A stretch of DNA of 64,000 bases. Source: a virus. The notes beneath the pieces are model-generated. The model ran no database searches. It saw only the letters and a program-made list of their open reading frames with translations, and was not told where the DNA came from. The stretch is taken from the IMG/VR virus record IMGVR_UViG_3300034102_002416. The stretch is one strand, 5' to 3'. Of the stretch, positions 1 to 9,357 are shown piece after piece. Position 1 is the stretch's first letter, and each line of letters opens with the position of its first letter. Position numbers and translations under genes: made by a program.

Positions 1-1357
1 TATCAATTTTACCAGCTGCTAATCTAGTTGACTTCAAACTCTTATCTGAGTTTCGGAGTTGCAACTTATTACCTAACTTCTTGCCTAACACAATGCCGGC
101 ATCGACTGCTTGTTGATGTTGGATAATCGTACGACTGCCCCAGTTACTTTCATTAAACACTCGCGTGCCCGAAACATACTCACTTGCATGTGATGCAAAC
201 AAACTAGGTAATGATTCTATGATTGCTGGAGTCAATTTTTTGACTACAATTGTTTCAACAGGACAACCAGTACCGCCAGCATCTGTATACACAACTCGCG
301 TCTCAGTACCAGATTCTTTAATCGCTTCTACGATGCCAGCATCCTTTTTAGTTAATCGACCTTTTTTAGCTACATCACCATCGAGAAAATCTTGTTGTGC
401 TTGTATTGCTTTTTGCAACTTGTCAAGTTCTTTTAATGTTAAAGAAGAACCTTTATCTGAATCATCATTATCTTCTGTTAAGTCTTGTTCATCATCACTG
501 ACATCCGCTTCCATTTGCATACTATCACCGCCTGGATCATTGCCTTTTTGAACATCATCAAACACATTATTGGTTTCTTGTTCTGCATTAGCAGTAGCAT
601 CTCGAAGAACACGATATACATCACACGCCAAATCTAGCGCATCCTCAGTCGATTTCAAACGATTAATATTTTTCAAATCAACAAGATTCCATATGCGTCG
701 CAGTTCCTTTAAGGCATCTAACTGACGATTTGGATTAGTAAAATTGATAATATGAAACATGTAACTATCCATATCCTCAGCAACCTTTTCTCCAGTTTGC
801 AATGCTTTATCAATAATCTTATCATTGAAATACTTGTTATACATTGCTTCATAATACATACGATATCCTGGAGCATTTGTATATACTTTGTAATCAATGC
901 GACGATCTTCAATCCAATTCAACAATGACTTGATATTAGAAAACTCGGCTTCGGTCATGTTCATATCCGGATCCAGGCCTTTAAGTCGAATTCGATTTGC
1001 AAATTTAGAATTGGATAAACGAGTAGCACCTTCAAACAATGAAAAGTTAGTAAATGCAATGTGACTGCCTTCATGCAATGCTAATCCAACTGCCGGATCA
1101 AAATTCTTATCCTCAAGTTTAGTGCCGATAACAACTCGCTTACCGTCTGTATAACTCTCTTCTCGGCTTTGAAATACAACTGGTATTTGCTGGCCAGTAA
1201 CAATATTAACAAAATTACCAATAGCTCTTTGAGCTGCAGCTAATTTAGTATAATCAACACGATTTTCTTCTCGGAAATTAACATCAAAGTCTGAGTCTAA
1301 CCAGAAACTTGATGCGGTGGAATTTGCATAACCTTTAAACCCAAAATCTTTTTTCAT
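1..1357 (-). CDS. CobT/VWA-like partner of MoxR AAA ATPase with N-terminal HExxH metallopeptidase-like domain (partial, runs off window start)
   Basis: Not in ORF track; partly translated by hand from ATG at 1357: MKKDFGFKGY...GLALHEGSH...NWIEDRRID..., an acidic linker, then KSTRLAAGKID at the window edge. Directly downstream of the AAA ATPase. Confidence 0.7.
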   Translation of the reverse strand, partial: MKKDFGFKGYANSTASSFWLDSDFDVNFREENRVDYTKLAAAQRAIGNFVNIVTGQQIPVVFQSREESYTDGKRVVIGTKLEDKNFDPAVGLALHEGSHIAFTNFSLFEGATRLSNSKFANRIRLKGLDPDMNMTEAEFSNIKSLLNWIEDRRIDYKVYTNAPGYRMYYEAMYNKYFNDKIIDKALQTGEKVAEDMDSYMFHIINFTNPNRQLDALKELRRIWNLVDLKNINRLKSTEDALDLACDVYRVLRDATANAEQETNNVFDDVQKGNDPGGDSMQMEADVSDDEQDLTEDNDDSDKGSSLTLKELDKLQKAIQAQQDFLDGDVAKKGRLTKKDAGIVEAIKESGTETRVVYTDAGGTGCPVETIVVKKLTPAIIESLPSLFASHASEYVSGTRVFNESNWGSRTIIQHQQAVDAGIVLGKKLGNKLQLRNSDKSLKSTRLAAGKID

Positions 1358-1417
1358 ATCTCAATTATTTTATACTATAAATATAAGAAATTATCCAGTA
1401 CGATCCAACCGTAAAGT

Positions 1418-1480
1418 TAAAAAAGAAACAGACTCCGCTGATTAACGAATGGGAGTTTTAGCCGTAACTGTTTCTTTTTC
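1418..1480 (-). terminator. Branched stem-loop / intrinsic terminator between AAA ATPase and CobT-like gene
   Basis: Outer inverted repeat AAAAAGAAACAG (~1420-1431) / CTGTTTCTTTTT (~1468-1479), inner ACTCC/GGAGT stem, U-tract on minus strand. Confidence 0.55.
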
Positions 1481-1497
1481 GAGCTATGAAAAAGATC

Positions 1498-2637
1498 TTA
1501 GAATGGTATGCTTTCAGACTCTCGATCTACCTCACCGGTGTTGAAAATGTCTTTCTCAGCAGTAGCCATATGTTTCTGTATAATCTGTTTAATAAATGTT
1601 CTTTCTGAATCGGTTCCACCAGATGCATCAAAGAATGGGAGTATTGAAACCTCTGCTGCTTCTGCTAACGTGAATCCATCTGCCAACAACTCACATACAC
1701 GAACTGTCATACGAGTAGAAACCATTGTGGTTAGCTTACCGGTTTCAGATCTCCATTCTTTACGAGTTGTGTCGGCAATATCTGCTACCGCATGAATCAA
1801 ATCAGCTGACACTACATTGCCGTAACGTTTCATTAGCAATGCTTCTTCGCGTTCTAATGTCAAGATATCAACCTCAATAATTTCAAATCGATCCATTAAT
1901 GCTCGGTCTAATACGCGTGTCGATGTATACTCCGTACCAATGTTTGCCGTTGCAATAAATGATACGCCTGGAGCTACCTGGATAGTTGGAGCATCGATAT
2001 CTTCATCAAGTCGAAGGTAACGTTGACCTTCATCTAGTACTGTCATTAAGATATTCCATGCTTCGGGATGAGCTCGTGACAACTCATCCATTAATATAAC
2101 TGCATTCTCAGTTTGAATTGCTTTCACAAATGCCGACTCATCAAATGTAGTTTGTCCATCTTTAAAGTGAGTGTTACCAATAAGAGTGGCACGAGGATCC
2201 TGCGTAGCTCCTAAATTGAAATAAAAGAAAGGTCGATCTGTTGCTTGAGGAAGAGCCTTTGCTGCCTGAGTCTTACCACATCCAGCTGGACCAACCATCA
2301 TTATGTTTTTGCCACGAACTGCTGACCTTACAAGATACTTCCATTTAATGTCAGACATTTCCAAATCAGCTGGTTTGATATCTGCCGCACGTGTAATTAA
2401 TGCCATGGCAGCATCCATTTCCGTTACCGGCTTAGGTTGTGGTGTTGCTGGCTCTGTTGGGATTTCAGATAAATCTACTTGCCGAGCTCGTGCAGTGTCC
2501 GGATCAAATGCTAATGCTTTGCCGTTCTGCGCTGCTGCTTTAATCATACTGTCTCGGAACAATGCTGTAATATCATTGCCACTGTTTACTTCAAATACCC
2601 GACCATCTCGGATAATACCAAATGTTTTGCTTTTCAT
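1498..2637 (-). CDS. MoxR/CobS-like AAA+ ATPase
   Basis: Walker A GPAGCGKT, Walker B ILMDELSR, ATAN sensor, LDRALMDRF arginine finger. Confidence 0.9.
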   Translation of the reverse strand: MKSKTFGIIRDGRVFEVNSGNDITALFRDSMIKAAAQNGKALAFDPDTARARQVDLSEIPTEPATPQPKPVTEMDAAMALITRAADIKPADLEMSDIKWKYLVRSAVRGKNIMMVGPAGCGKTQAAKALPQATDRPFFYFNLGATQDPRATLIGNTHFKDGQTTFDESAFVKAIQTENAVILMDELSRAHPEAWNILMTVLDEGQRYLRLDEDIDAPTIQVAPGVSFIATANIGTEYTSTRVLDRALMDRFEIIEVDILTLEREEALLMKRYGNVVSADLIHAVADIADTTRKEWRSETGKLTTMVSTRMTVRVCELLADGFTLAEAAEVSILPFFDASGGTDSERTFIKQIIQKHMATAEKDIFNTGEVDRESESIPF

Positions 2638-2654
2638 AACTCTTTATTTTTATA

Positions 2655-2700
2655 CTTTAAATATAAGAATAATCCGTTACAATTCCAAATTATCTGATAA
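2655..2700 (-). promoter_or_regulatory. Early/host-sigma-type promoter (Bacteroidota-like)
   Basis: Minus strand TTTGG-N~18-TTATATTTA upstream of ATG 2637; similar sites recur upstream of about 10 other genes. Confidence 0.5.
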
Positions 2701-2722
2701 CTTTTTTCATGCTACTAGTAAT

Positions 2723-2875
2723 TTATTCATATGATTTAATTTTATGTTTATTCTTACGTGTATATATTTTTTTAGATTGTTCAGACCGTTCAACAAACCG
2801 ACCATCAAAATAGCCTTGTTGTCGTTGGGATTCGCGCGATGCTCCTAAATTAATCTTCAGAATCTGTTTGTTCAT
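2723..2875 (-). CDS. Small basic hypothetical protein
   Basis: ORF 2723..2908; likely start MNKQILKINLG at 2875, overlapping the 3' end of the upstream gene. Confidence 0.55.
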   Translation of the reverse strand: MNKQILKINLGASRESQRQQGYFDGRFVERSEQSKKIYTRKNKHKIKSYE

Positions 2876-3026
2876 AACGTGACATGGTTTGTTGAAATGC
2901 AGTTTCATACAAAGCTACTCGATCATATGGAAATTCATGTTGTATTCGATCCACTGTTTCAAATACTTCTTCATGAATTCCATAAGCGTACGCTTCCATC
3001 AATATTTCTTCGATCTGATCTGCCAT
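2850..3026 (-). CDS. Small acidic hypothetical protein (58 aa)
   Basis: Below ORF-track cutoff; MADQIEEILMEAYAYGIHEEVFETV...YEQTDSED fills the gap between neighbours. Confidence 0.6.
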   Translation of the reverse strand: MADQIEEILMEAYAYGIHEEVFETVDRIQHEFPYDRVALYETAFQQTMSRYEQTDSED

Positions 3027-3058
3027 TGTTATATCTTATATAAAAAAATTATTTCAAA

Positions 3059-3823
3059 TTACCAAGCACGGCAAGACCAATATCTTGCTTTCCATCTAGG
3101 TCCTGGAGTTTCACAGTTATGTCTTGCCCGGAAGCTTTTACGACGAGCCGGATTAGATTTTTTTATGCGCATTGTTTTCTGGCCAGCTCTCTTTGCTGAG
3201 GTACCGCCATGGCCAAAGTTAACTTTAACTACATTGCCGTCTGCATTGCGAACATACACTTTAAACTTCTTAACATCGCCTCGCATTGGTTTACCCAATT
3301 TAACTGTGCGACCTTGATATTCTGCTTCGGTTAATACATTAAGTTTTCCGGATTTAATATCTTCTAACATTACAATTGCACATTCATTGCATACCGTCAT
3401 TTCTTCCATGGATTCCTTTGTTTTATTTCCCCAATTTTTTGCTCCGACATTGCGACACTTAGATAAAGCTAATGATCCATATGCCGATGGCCATGTGCCT
3501 CCGTTTCTAGTATATCTCGCTTTTACTTTGTGATAACAAGCATCTCGTTTTGCTTTCGTCTTTTCCTCTAAATTTATTTCTTCAGCTTTAGGAGTACGGT
3601 TACCCATACCTACCTGTCTCTTTTGTCGTACTAATGATTCTTTTTCTTTTTTATCAAATGAGCTCCATGTTTTAGGAGTATCGTCGGATACTTTTTTACT
3701 AGGACGACATTTTTTTACGCCTTTTGTTTTATCATTGCCACAAGGCCTACCGTGTTGATCAACCCATTTTTCTTTGACCCATCTACGCAAATCTTCATTT
3801 AGTAAATTAGTTAGTTTAATCAT
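3059..3823 (-). CDS. Multi-domain basic protein with N-terminal leader (putative head cargo; DUF5872-like and DUF6321-like segments)
   Basis: Leader MIKLTNLLNE; modules LRRWVKEKWVD, KRDACYHKVK...WPSAY, AEYQGRTVKL...SFRARHNC...YWSCRAW. Confidence 0.7.
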   Translation of the reverse strand: MIKLTNLLNEDLRRWVKEKWVDQHGRPCGNDKTKGVKKCRPSKKVSDDTPKTWSSFDKKEKESLVRQKRQVGMGNRTPKAEEINLEEKTKAKRDACYHKVKARYTRNGGTWPSAYGSLALSKCRNVGAKNWGNKTKESMEEMTVCNECAIVMLEDIKSGKLNVLTEAEYQGRTVKLGKPMRGDVKKFKVYVRNADGNVVKVNFGHGGTSAKRAGQKTMRIKKSNPARRKSFRARHNCETPGPRWKARYWSCRAW

Positions 3824-4572
3824 TACAACTCCTGTCGTATTCCTAATTTAGGGAGATATGTTCTCCAGGTATCTATTATTTGTTGTTTTTCTTGTGCAGT
3901 AATAGTTCCATTTGCAACCCATCGTCCCAAGTATTCATCAACTACTATTTTAAATGGTACTCGTTTCTTTTTAGCTTTGAGATACATTCCTTGTATCATT
4001 GCTGGGATTTCTTTTTTAAGTAAGAAATATTTCGCCGGGCGTTGATCACCAGTCTGTATTTTGGATCGTTGCGCCATGTCTGATGGCAAATATTTAGAAT
4101 CAATTGTGTTCCATCCGGATTGTGTAGTATGCTCAATTTCATGACGCAATGTGTCTCGCAGTTCAATTGCAACTTCACTTAATACTTGAGGATATTCCGC
4201 TGGATCTAGTTCAAAGCGAATTTCAACCAATGGCATTTCATCTGCATTTTTACCTGTTGCGTTGTAAGCATCACCACCGATTCGGAAATCATTTAAACCT
4301 TCAACCCATTGCACTTTAAGTGCTAGATAGAAATCTAATGGTATAGTAGCATTTTCTACTTCTTCAAAATAAATCTCTTTGAATACAGAATCATCATCGA
4401 TATTAGGAACTGATTCTCCGGATTTGAAGTATATCTTTTTTCCAGCAAACATACCTTTTGGATCTGTTACGGAAGAATAACTATCTTTTACTACCTTAAG
4501 CAATCTACGAGACAGTTCGGATACTATGCTATCGTAACGTCCTTCGATAATAAGAGCTTTCATTGATACCAT
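3823..4572 (-). CDS. Putative zinc metallopeptidase with N-terminal leader
   Basis: Leader MVSMKALIIE; HEIEH (HExxH) plus downstream EIPA as possible third ligand; late-type motif upstream. Confidence 0.6.
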   Translation of the reverse strand: MVSMKALIIEGRYDSIVSELSRRLLKVVKDSYSSVTDPKGMFAGKKIYFKSGESVPNIDDDSVFKEIYFEEVENATIPLDFYLALKVQWVEGLNDFRIGGDAYNATGKNADEMPLVEIRFELDPAEYPQVLSEVAIELRDTLRHEIEHTTQSGWNTIDSKYLPSDMAQRSKIQTGDQRPAKYFLLKKEIPAMIQGMYLKAKKKRVPFKIVVDEYLGRWVANGTITAQEKQQIIDTWRTYLPKLGIRQEL

Positions 4573-4576
4573 ATTA

Positions 4577-4584
4577 ATAAATAT
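4577..4584 (-). promoter_or_regulatory. Putative late promoter motif ATATTTAT
   Basis: GATATTTATTAATATG directly into the start codon; same ATATTTATTAATATG context at 7400-7407 and 51613-51620. Confidence 0.55.
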
Positions 4585-5135
4585 CAGCCTAGTGCATTAT
4601 AGTTCCAAAACATTTCCTTCTCTTTATTAAAAGGAGCACCTACCTGTTGATAATAACAATTCAAACAAAGCATTTGTAAATTTTCTATGCGATGATTGGT
4701 TTCATCACCATCAATATGATCTAATAGCAACGGTACCGTATCATCAGTAACTCTTCGTTCTGCATATCCACAGCACTGGCATTCTTCTGCCATTATGTTC
4801 AATGCCAACAACCGATTACGAAGCTTCCATGTTGGATAGTTTGGATACTTGCCTTCTAATATACCATCAATTGTATATCGACCTGCTGCTGCTCGTTGAC
4901 TGTCTTTAGTAATACCATGTCCAGCTTGGTTTGTATGCATATCATACAAAGTTTTACCGGTTTCAGAATCCACATACATTTTAGCATATTTTTTGTATGT
5001 AGTGAATGATATCTTTAAGAAACGAGCTGCTTCGGCATTTGATTTAGTATTAGCTATTGCATATCGAATATCAGACTCTGGCAAATCATATGCCGTACGT
5101 CCTTTTCCATACACATACTTATACTGCTGAGACAT
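4584..5135 (-). CDS. HNH-family protein with N-terminal HTH-like region
   Basis: CQCC...LLDHIDGDETNHRIENLQMLCLNC HNH/zinc motif. Confidence 0.75.
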   Translation of the reverse strand: MSQQYKYVYGKGRTAYDLPESDIRYAIANTKSNAEAARFLKISFTTYKKYAKMYVDSETGKTLYDMHTNQAGHGITKDSQRAAAGRYTIDGILEGKYPNYPTWKLRNRLLALNIMAEECQCCGYAERRVTDDTVPLLLDHIDGDETNHRIENLQMLCLNCYYQQVGAPFNKEKEMFWNYNALG

Positions 5136-5137
5136 AA

Positions 5138-5524
5138 TTAATATACTCCTTTTTTGCGGAGTTCGATAATAGCATGTTTAGGATGCATTTTACGTTCCCA
5201 CATTTCTCGCATCTCCGTTTTTAATTTGCTTGTAAAATCTAAGAATGTAGATGGATACACACCGCTTCTTTGTTTAAGATCATCATACCATGTAGAATAT
5301 GCTGAATATTGTTCGTCAAAACGATCTGCATCTGTGCGCGTTTCCCAGTATTCAATTTGATCTTTAAGTGGCCATAATTCTAATGCAATGTTAGGATCTT
5401 TACGGCGTGCTGGAAGGATTGGATGATTCTTTTCTCGATTTGCATTTTTTGTGATGAATTTATCCATCAAATTTATTGAACGGTCCTTCGCCGATTCACC
5501 TGAGTATACTGATCTTTTACCCAT
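5138..5524 (-). CDS. Hypothetical protein
   Basis: 128-aa ORF in tight co-directional gene run. Confidence 0.7.
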   Translation of the reverse strand: MGKRSVYSGESAKDRSINLMDKFITKNANREKNHPILPARRKDPNIALELWPLKDQIEYWETRTDADRFDEQYSAYSTWYDDLKQRSGVYPSTFLDFTSKLKTEMREMWERKMHPKHAIIELRKKGVY

Positions 5525-5527
5525 AAC

Positions 5528-5704
5528 TTATTTTGTTTTTTCTGTTAATATAACTATTTTACGCCAAGCATCTTCTGCCTGGTAAATATATTTTTTAAAT
5601 TCAATAATGTTTTGTTCTTTTCGGGCTGCTTCAGCTCGTTTCATATTTCTATGATATGTAGCATGCAGCATATTAATCCTAAATTTATACCACCATTTAA
5701 TCAT
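5528..5704 (-). CDS. Small hypothetical protein (58 aa)
   Basis: Hand-translated MIKWWYKFRINMLHATYHRNMKRAE...; ATGA overlap with the clpS stop. Confidence 0.6.
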   Translation of the reverse strand: MIKWWYKFRINMLHATYHRNMKRAEAARKEQNIIEFKKYIYQAEDAWRKIVILTEKTK

Positions 5705-5967
5705 CGTTGTTTGTATTTTTCTAATGTAACATTTAAACCTTGAGAATATAGTTCTTCGAATGCCATTTCACAATCATCATAATTACTAACATACACTGAA
5801 CATTGTTTTGTGTTATGCACTATATTCGCACATTGTACGGCTTGTAAATAATTATGGCTACATATATCCATTAAGCATCCGATCACATGTTCAAACGTGT
5901 TAATATCATCATTATGCAATATTACTTGCCACTGACCTCGTTTAGTTGTTGATTGTTTTTTGGACAT
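5701..5967 (-). CDS. clpS: ATP-dependent Clp protease adaptor ClpS
   Basis: WQVILHNDDINTFEHVIGCL...A..VH ClpS signature; start likely MSKKQ. Confidence 0.85.
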   Translation of the reverse strand: MSKKQSTTKRGQWQVILHNDDINTFEHVIGCLMDICSHNYLQAVQCANIVHNTKQCSVYVSNYDDCEMAFEELYSQGLNVTLEKYKQR

Positions 5968-6136
5968 CTCTGATAATTGCACATTGTTCATAGAACTCAT
6001 TTTTTGTTGCATAGTCTAAACATTGATTTAAAAATCGTTGCTTTCGATCTGTATCCCAGTGATCTGGCCATTCCCATGAATTAGTTTTCATATGGTTAAT
6101 GGATGTAATCAATAATTTATCTATAAAATTCTCCAT
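5942..6136 (-). CDS. Small protein with UVR (UvrB/UvrC)-like motif
   Basis: ATKNEFYEQCAIIRD resembles the UVR coiled-coil motif; next to clpS. Confidence 0.5.
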   Translation of the reverse strand: MENFIDKLLITSINHMKTNSWEWPDHWDTDRKQRFLNQCLDYATKNEFYEQCAIIRDVQKTINN

Positions 6137-6177
6137 AACATATAATAAGTAAAATCAAATAATTATCCAATTATATA

Positions 6178-7062
6178 TTAGATATATTTAGCATTCTTAT
6201 CAGTTGTTACATTGTCATACCGAACATATCCAACTCCGGTAGTGTTGCCTACACCTGGTTGTAATTTAACCATATACCATGTTTGACCTTGGTCATCTTT
6301 TGAGATTTTCATGATTTTACCAACTGGATCCGGCCATGTTATTTTGGTTTGAAAATTGTGAATTAATCCGGTATTTACTTCTGGGGACGTACGAACATTT
6401 ACATAGTCAGCTGATGTTCGTTTTCTAGGATATACCAGTTTACCTATCAATGATCCTGCCGCAGGATCTTTTGGCATACCTGAGCTCGTTGCAACAGATT
6501 TACTTTTACTACCAGTTCCTTTTAGTTCAGAAGCATATTTACGAAATGCATCTGCATTAGATTTCATTCGTTTAACTACACCTTTAAATCGGCCTGGATT
6601 TAGATAATTCGGATGATTAAGATATTCATCTGCAACTCTATCCCATTTGCCCTGATTAATCATTTTGCGAGTTACTGGTCCTAGGTCACCTCGATAGATT
6701 GCATTTAATATTGCCGTTCGTACATATTTAGGATATGACGCAAATTTAGGAATCAACCTAGCTGCTTTTGCTTCATTGTCTGCAATGCCTTTTGCTAACA
6801 ACTTTTCAGCTGCAGCTTTTGATATTTTCATCCCTGGTTTTAACGACGGATATACCGCTGCTGTTGTACCATATCCAATAGTTAGTGTACCAATTATCGT
6901 TGCCCCTGGTTTTGCTGGAACCCTAGGGTTAGCATCATCATATGCTAGATGGTTTCCATTAGCATCAGTTGGTCCAGGACCTTCCCATTGCTTAACCATT
7001 TCTTTGAACTCATTGTCAAATGCTAGAGATGCTTCTGACAGTATAGATTTTAGATGTATCAT
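6178..7062 (-). CDS. Phage lysozyme (GH24-like) with C-terminal SH3b-like domain and N-terminal leader
   Basis: WEG...AYDD...TLTIGYG catalytic region; VNVRTSP...WYMV...GYV SH3b-like tail; leader MIHLKSILSE. Confidence 0.75.
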   Translation of the reverse strand: MIHLKSILSEASLAFDNEFKEMVKQWEGPGPTDANGNHLAYDDANPRVPAKPGATIIGTLTIGYGTTAAVYPSLKPGMKISKAAAEKLLAKGIADNEAKAARLIPKFASYPKYVRTAILNAIYRGDLGPVTRKMINQGKWDRVADEYLNHPNYLNPGRFKGVVKRMKSNADAFRKYASELKGTGSKSKSVATSSGMPKDPAAGSLIGKLVYPRKRTSADYVNVRTSPEVNTGLIHNFQTKITWPDPVGKIMKISKDDQGQTWYMVKLQPGVGNTTGVGYVRYDNVTTDKNAKYI

Positions 7063-7395
7063 TTACTTGCCTCGTTCTTCACGTATAATCAATTCACCTA
7101 GTACTTCTAATCGACCTACTTCTCGTTGAAATTCAGTTTGAGTCATCGATGTAGATATTTTACTATAGGTTGCTTTAAATTCGCGTTTTGCAGCTTTTAA
7201 ATCAAATTTACCGGCCGCAGCTTTTTTATAATATGGAAGTTTAACTTTAAAGTGATGCCACGTTAATAATGCTAATCCGCCTTTGCTGTGAGCAGAATCC
7301 GCAATCTTTTTTGCTCCAGACTCTCTAGTGTCTGCGAAGTCTTCGAATGTATCTGGTTTAGATTTTTTTTCAAATAGTAAATTTATTAGTTTCAT
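7063..7395 (-). CDS. Hypothetical protein with N-terminal leader
   Basis: Leader MKLINLLFE; late motif at 7400-7407. Confidence 0.7.
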   Translation of the reverse strand: MKLINLLFEKKSKPDTFEDFADTRESGAKKIADSAHSKGGLALLTWHHFKVKLPYYKKAAAGKFDLKAAKREFKATYSKISTSMTQTEFQREVGRLEVLGELIIREERGK

Positions 7396-7406
7396 ATTAA
7401 TAAATA

Positions 7407-8075
7407 TTACAATGTAGGAATCAGTTTATATGATTTTCTGCCAAATAATAACATGGATCTAAAATCTGCTTGTTGAAATGCATCTAAATTATTTTTAGAC
7501 ATATAATTGAATCGCATTACAGTAGGAACAATATGATTCCAATCTATATTTTGCAATACGTGTTCTACATAATCGATATCTGGCAACATTTCGTTAACAT
7601 GTAAATAATCCCATTCAATATGCACTACCGGATAAACTCTATCCTCAGTTATATAATCGATACATAAATCTAAACCGCATTTAAATTCTGCACTTAATAC
7701 GCGTAATAATTCCGGCCGACGTTTTGCATAACGTTTAATTTGTTCAGCAGCATCACCAACAATTGGGTGTCTGAATACAAATTGACTATGATCGAGAATT
7801 AAAGAAGATTGTTCGGTTTGAGTGAACCATGGGAGTATTATTGCATGAGCTCCATTAGAAGCTTCTCCATCTTTATACCACGTGGTATCATGTTCTAACG
7901 AGACTCCATTATGCTTATAATATTCTTGTTCAATTTCATTTAAATCAAAACCTTCATGATCTACATGACATGTATAATTCATTAATACATGTTCTGCTAC
8001 ATCTTCTGGTAATGGTTTTGAAATTTGAATGTCTCGATATGTGGGTCGTATTAATTCAAATTTTAAATCGTACAT
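7407..8075 (-). CDS. Hypothetical protein
   Basis: 222-aa ORF overlapping the upstream stop. Confidence 0.7.
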   Translation of the reverse strand: MYDLKFELIRPTYRDIQISKPLPEDVAEHVLMNYTCHVDHEGFDLNEIEQEYYKHNGVSLEHDTTWYKDGEASNGAHAIILPWFTQTEQSSLILDHSQFVFRHPIVGDAAEQIKRYAKRRPELLRVLSAEFKCGLDLCIDYITEDRVYPVVHIEWDYLHVNEMLPDIDYVEHVLQNIDWNHIVPTVMRFNYMSKNNLDAFQQADFRSMLLFGRKSYKLIPTL

Positions 8076-8470
8076 TATAACTTTTTTATTATGTTTGAAA
8101 AATTGGTTTTTGAATTATTAAAATCTGAATCAGCATCATCAAACAATTTAGTATCGAATGAATTTTTTGTTTTTGTTATCAAACAAACTGTTGCGTCAAA
8201 CTGTTCTAATCCGTTTAGCAGATACACAATGCCAAAGTATGCATACGAATCGCAAACTTTTGCTACAAATTCTGCTTTTGAAAATATTAGTTTCAATGTT
8301 CCTAAATCATCTATAGGTGCACTGAAAATATGTTCTTTGTTTTTTAATCCTAAATATGAAAATTTAGCAGATGTTTTCATTTGTTTTGAAAACTCTTTAA
8401 AAAATGGTTTTGCAAGTTGCATTGGATCAACAACATTGCTTTCATTTAATATATTTTTTAATTTCATCAT
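8075..8470 (-). CDS. Hypothetical protein with N-terminal leader
   Basis: Leader MMKLKNILNE. Confidence 0.7.
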   Translation of the reverse strand: MMKLKNILNESNVVDPMQLAKPFFKEFSKQMKTSAKFSYLGLKNKEHIFSAPIDDLGTLKLIFSKAEFVAKVCDSYAYFGIVYLLNGLEQFDATVCLITKTKNSFDTKLFDDADSDFNNSKTNFSNIIKKL

Positions 8471-8886
8471 TTAGTTAGATCCTTATCATCTAATGCACCT
8501 CCTGTTACCCAAGCAGTACAAGATCTTGTACCGGCACATTTAAAATGTAAAAAGTTACAATAACCTAAGTCAGCTTTCTCAATTGTAGCCATTGCATCGA
8601 TATTTTTTTCTTTGCCTTCTATTCCTTTAGACATGCAATTCCACATTTTATCAGAAACATCAAATGCTGCACAATTTGCACATTTCATTGTTTTTGCAGT
8701 AGCTTCATCAATTTTCCAACGCTTTGCTGCATCTTTCCAATATGATCCAGGTTTATCTGGATTAGCAGGACCATAGTAATACTCATCTATTGCATGTTGA
8801 CGATTTTTTAAATTAACATGAATATCTTGTGTTGCAACCGGACACCCGGTTTTTGCTTCGATTAATATGTGTTTAAGCTTCTGCAT
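8467..8886 (-). CDS. Cys-rich hypothetical protein with N-terminal leader
   Basis: Leader MQKLKHILIE; CANCAAF...GYCNFLHFKCAGTRSCTAW, possibly metal-binding. Confidence 0.7.
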   Translation of the reverse strand: MQKLKHILIEAKTGCPVATQDIHVNLKNRQHAIDEYYYGPANPDKPGSYWKDAAKRWKIDEATAKTMKCANCAAFDVSDKMWNCMSKGIEGKEKNIDAMATIEKADLGYCNFLHFKCAGTRSCTAWVTGGALDDKDLTK

Positions 8887-9338
8887 TATTTTTTATGTTT
8901 TGAAATTTCAATTGCTGCCAATTGTTTTAATGCAGCTTTTTTTGTTGGATGTGTACCTAAACGTTTACCACCTTTGCTTGGATATACTGCCCATCCATCA
9001 TCTACACGTTGTATTTTTTCAGACATTACACTACGTAGATGATTTTTAAAATCTACTGGAACGAATTGTGGTTGTTGATTGTTATATGAATCGGATGTTG
9101 ACATATTATTCATCAAGAATCCTCCAACTTCTTCTACATCATCTTTAGATGTGGCAATATGATCTGCAGCCCAACCATGTCCATCTGATAGAATTTGGTC
9201 TACATGTGCCGGATCCAATTGTAACATCGAATCTACCATTTTTTTGATGGTTTTGAGATTTTGAAAAAACATGTAGTTGTCGATGTTGCTATGATCCATT
9301 TCAGAGTCACACCCACATTCTGTTAATTGTTGCTTCAT
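8886..9338 (-). CDS. Two-module hypothetical protein with short leader
   Basis: MKQQLTE; NYMFFQNL...GHGWAADHI module; C-terminal LGTHPTKKAALKQLAAIE module. Confidence 0.7.
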   Translation of the reverse strand: MKQQLTECGCDSEMDHSNIDNYMFFQNLKTIKKMVDSMLQLDPAHVDQILSDGHGWAADHIATSKDDVEEVGGFLMNNMSTSDSYNNQQPQFVPVDFKNHLRSVMSEKIQRVDDGWAVYPSKGGKRLGTHPTKKAALKQLAAIEISKHKK

Positions 9339-9357
9339 GATATCCTTTGTGTATTAC

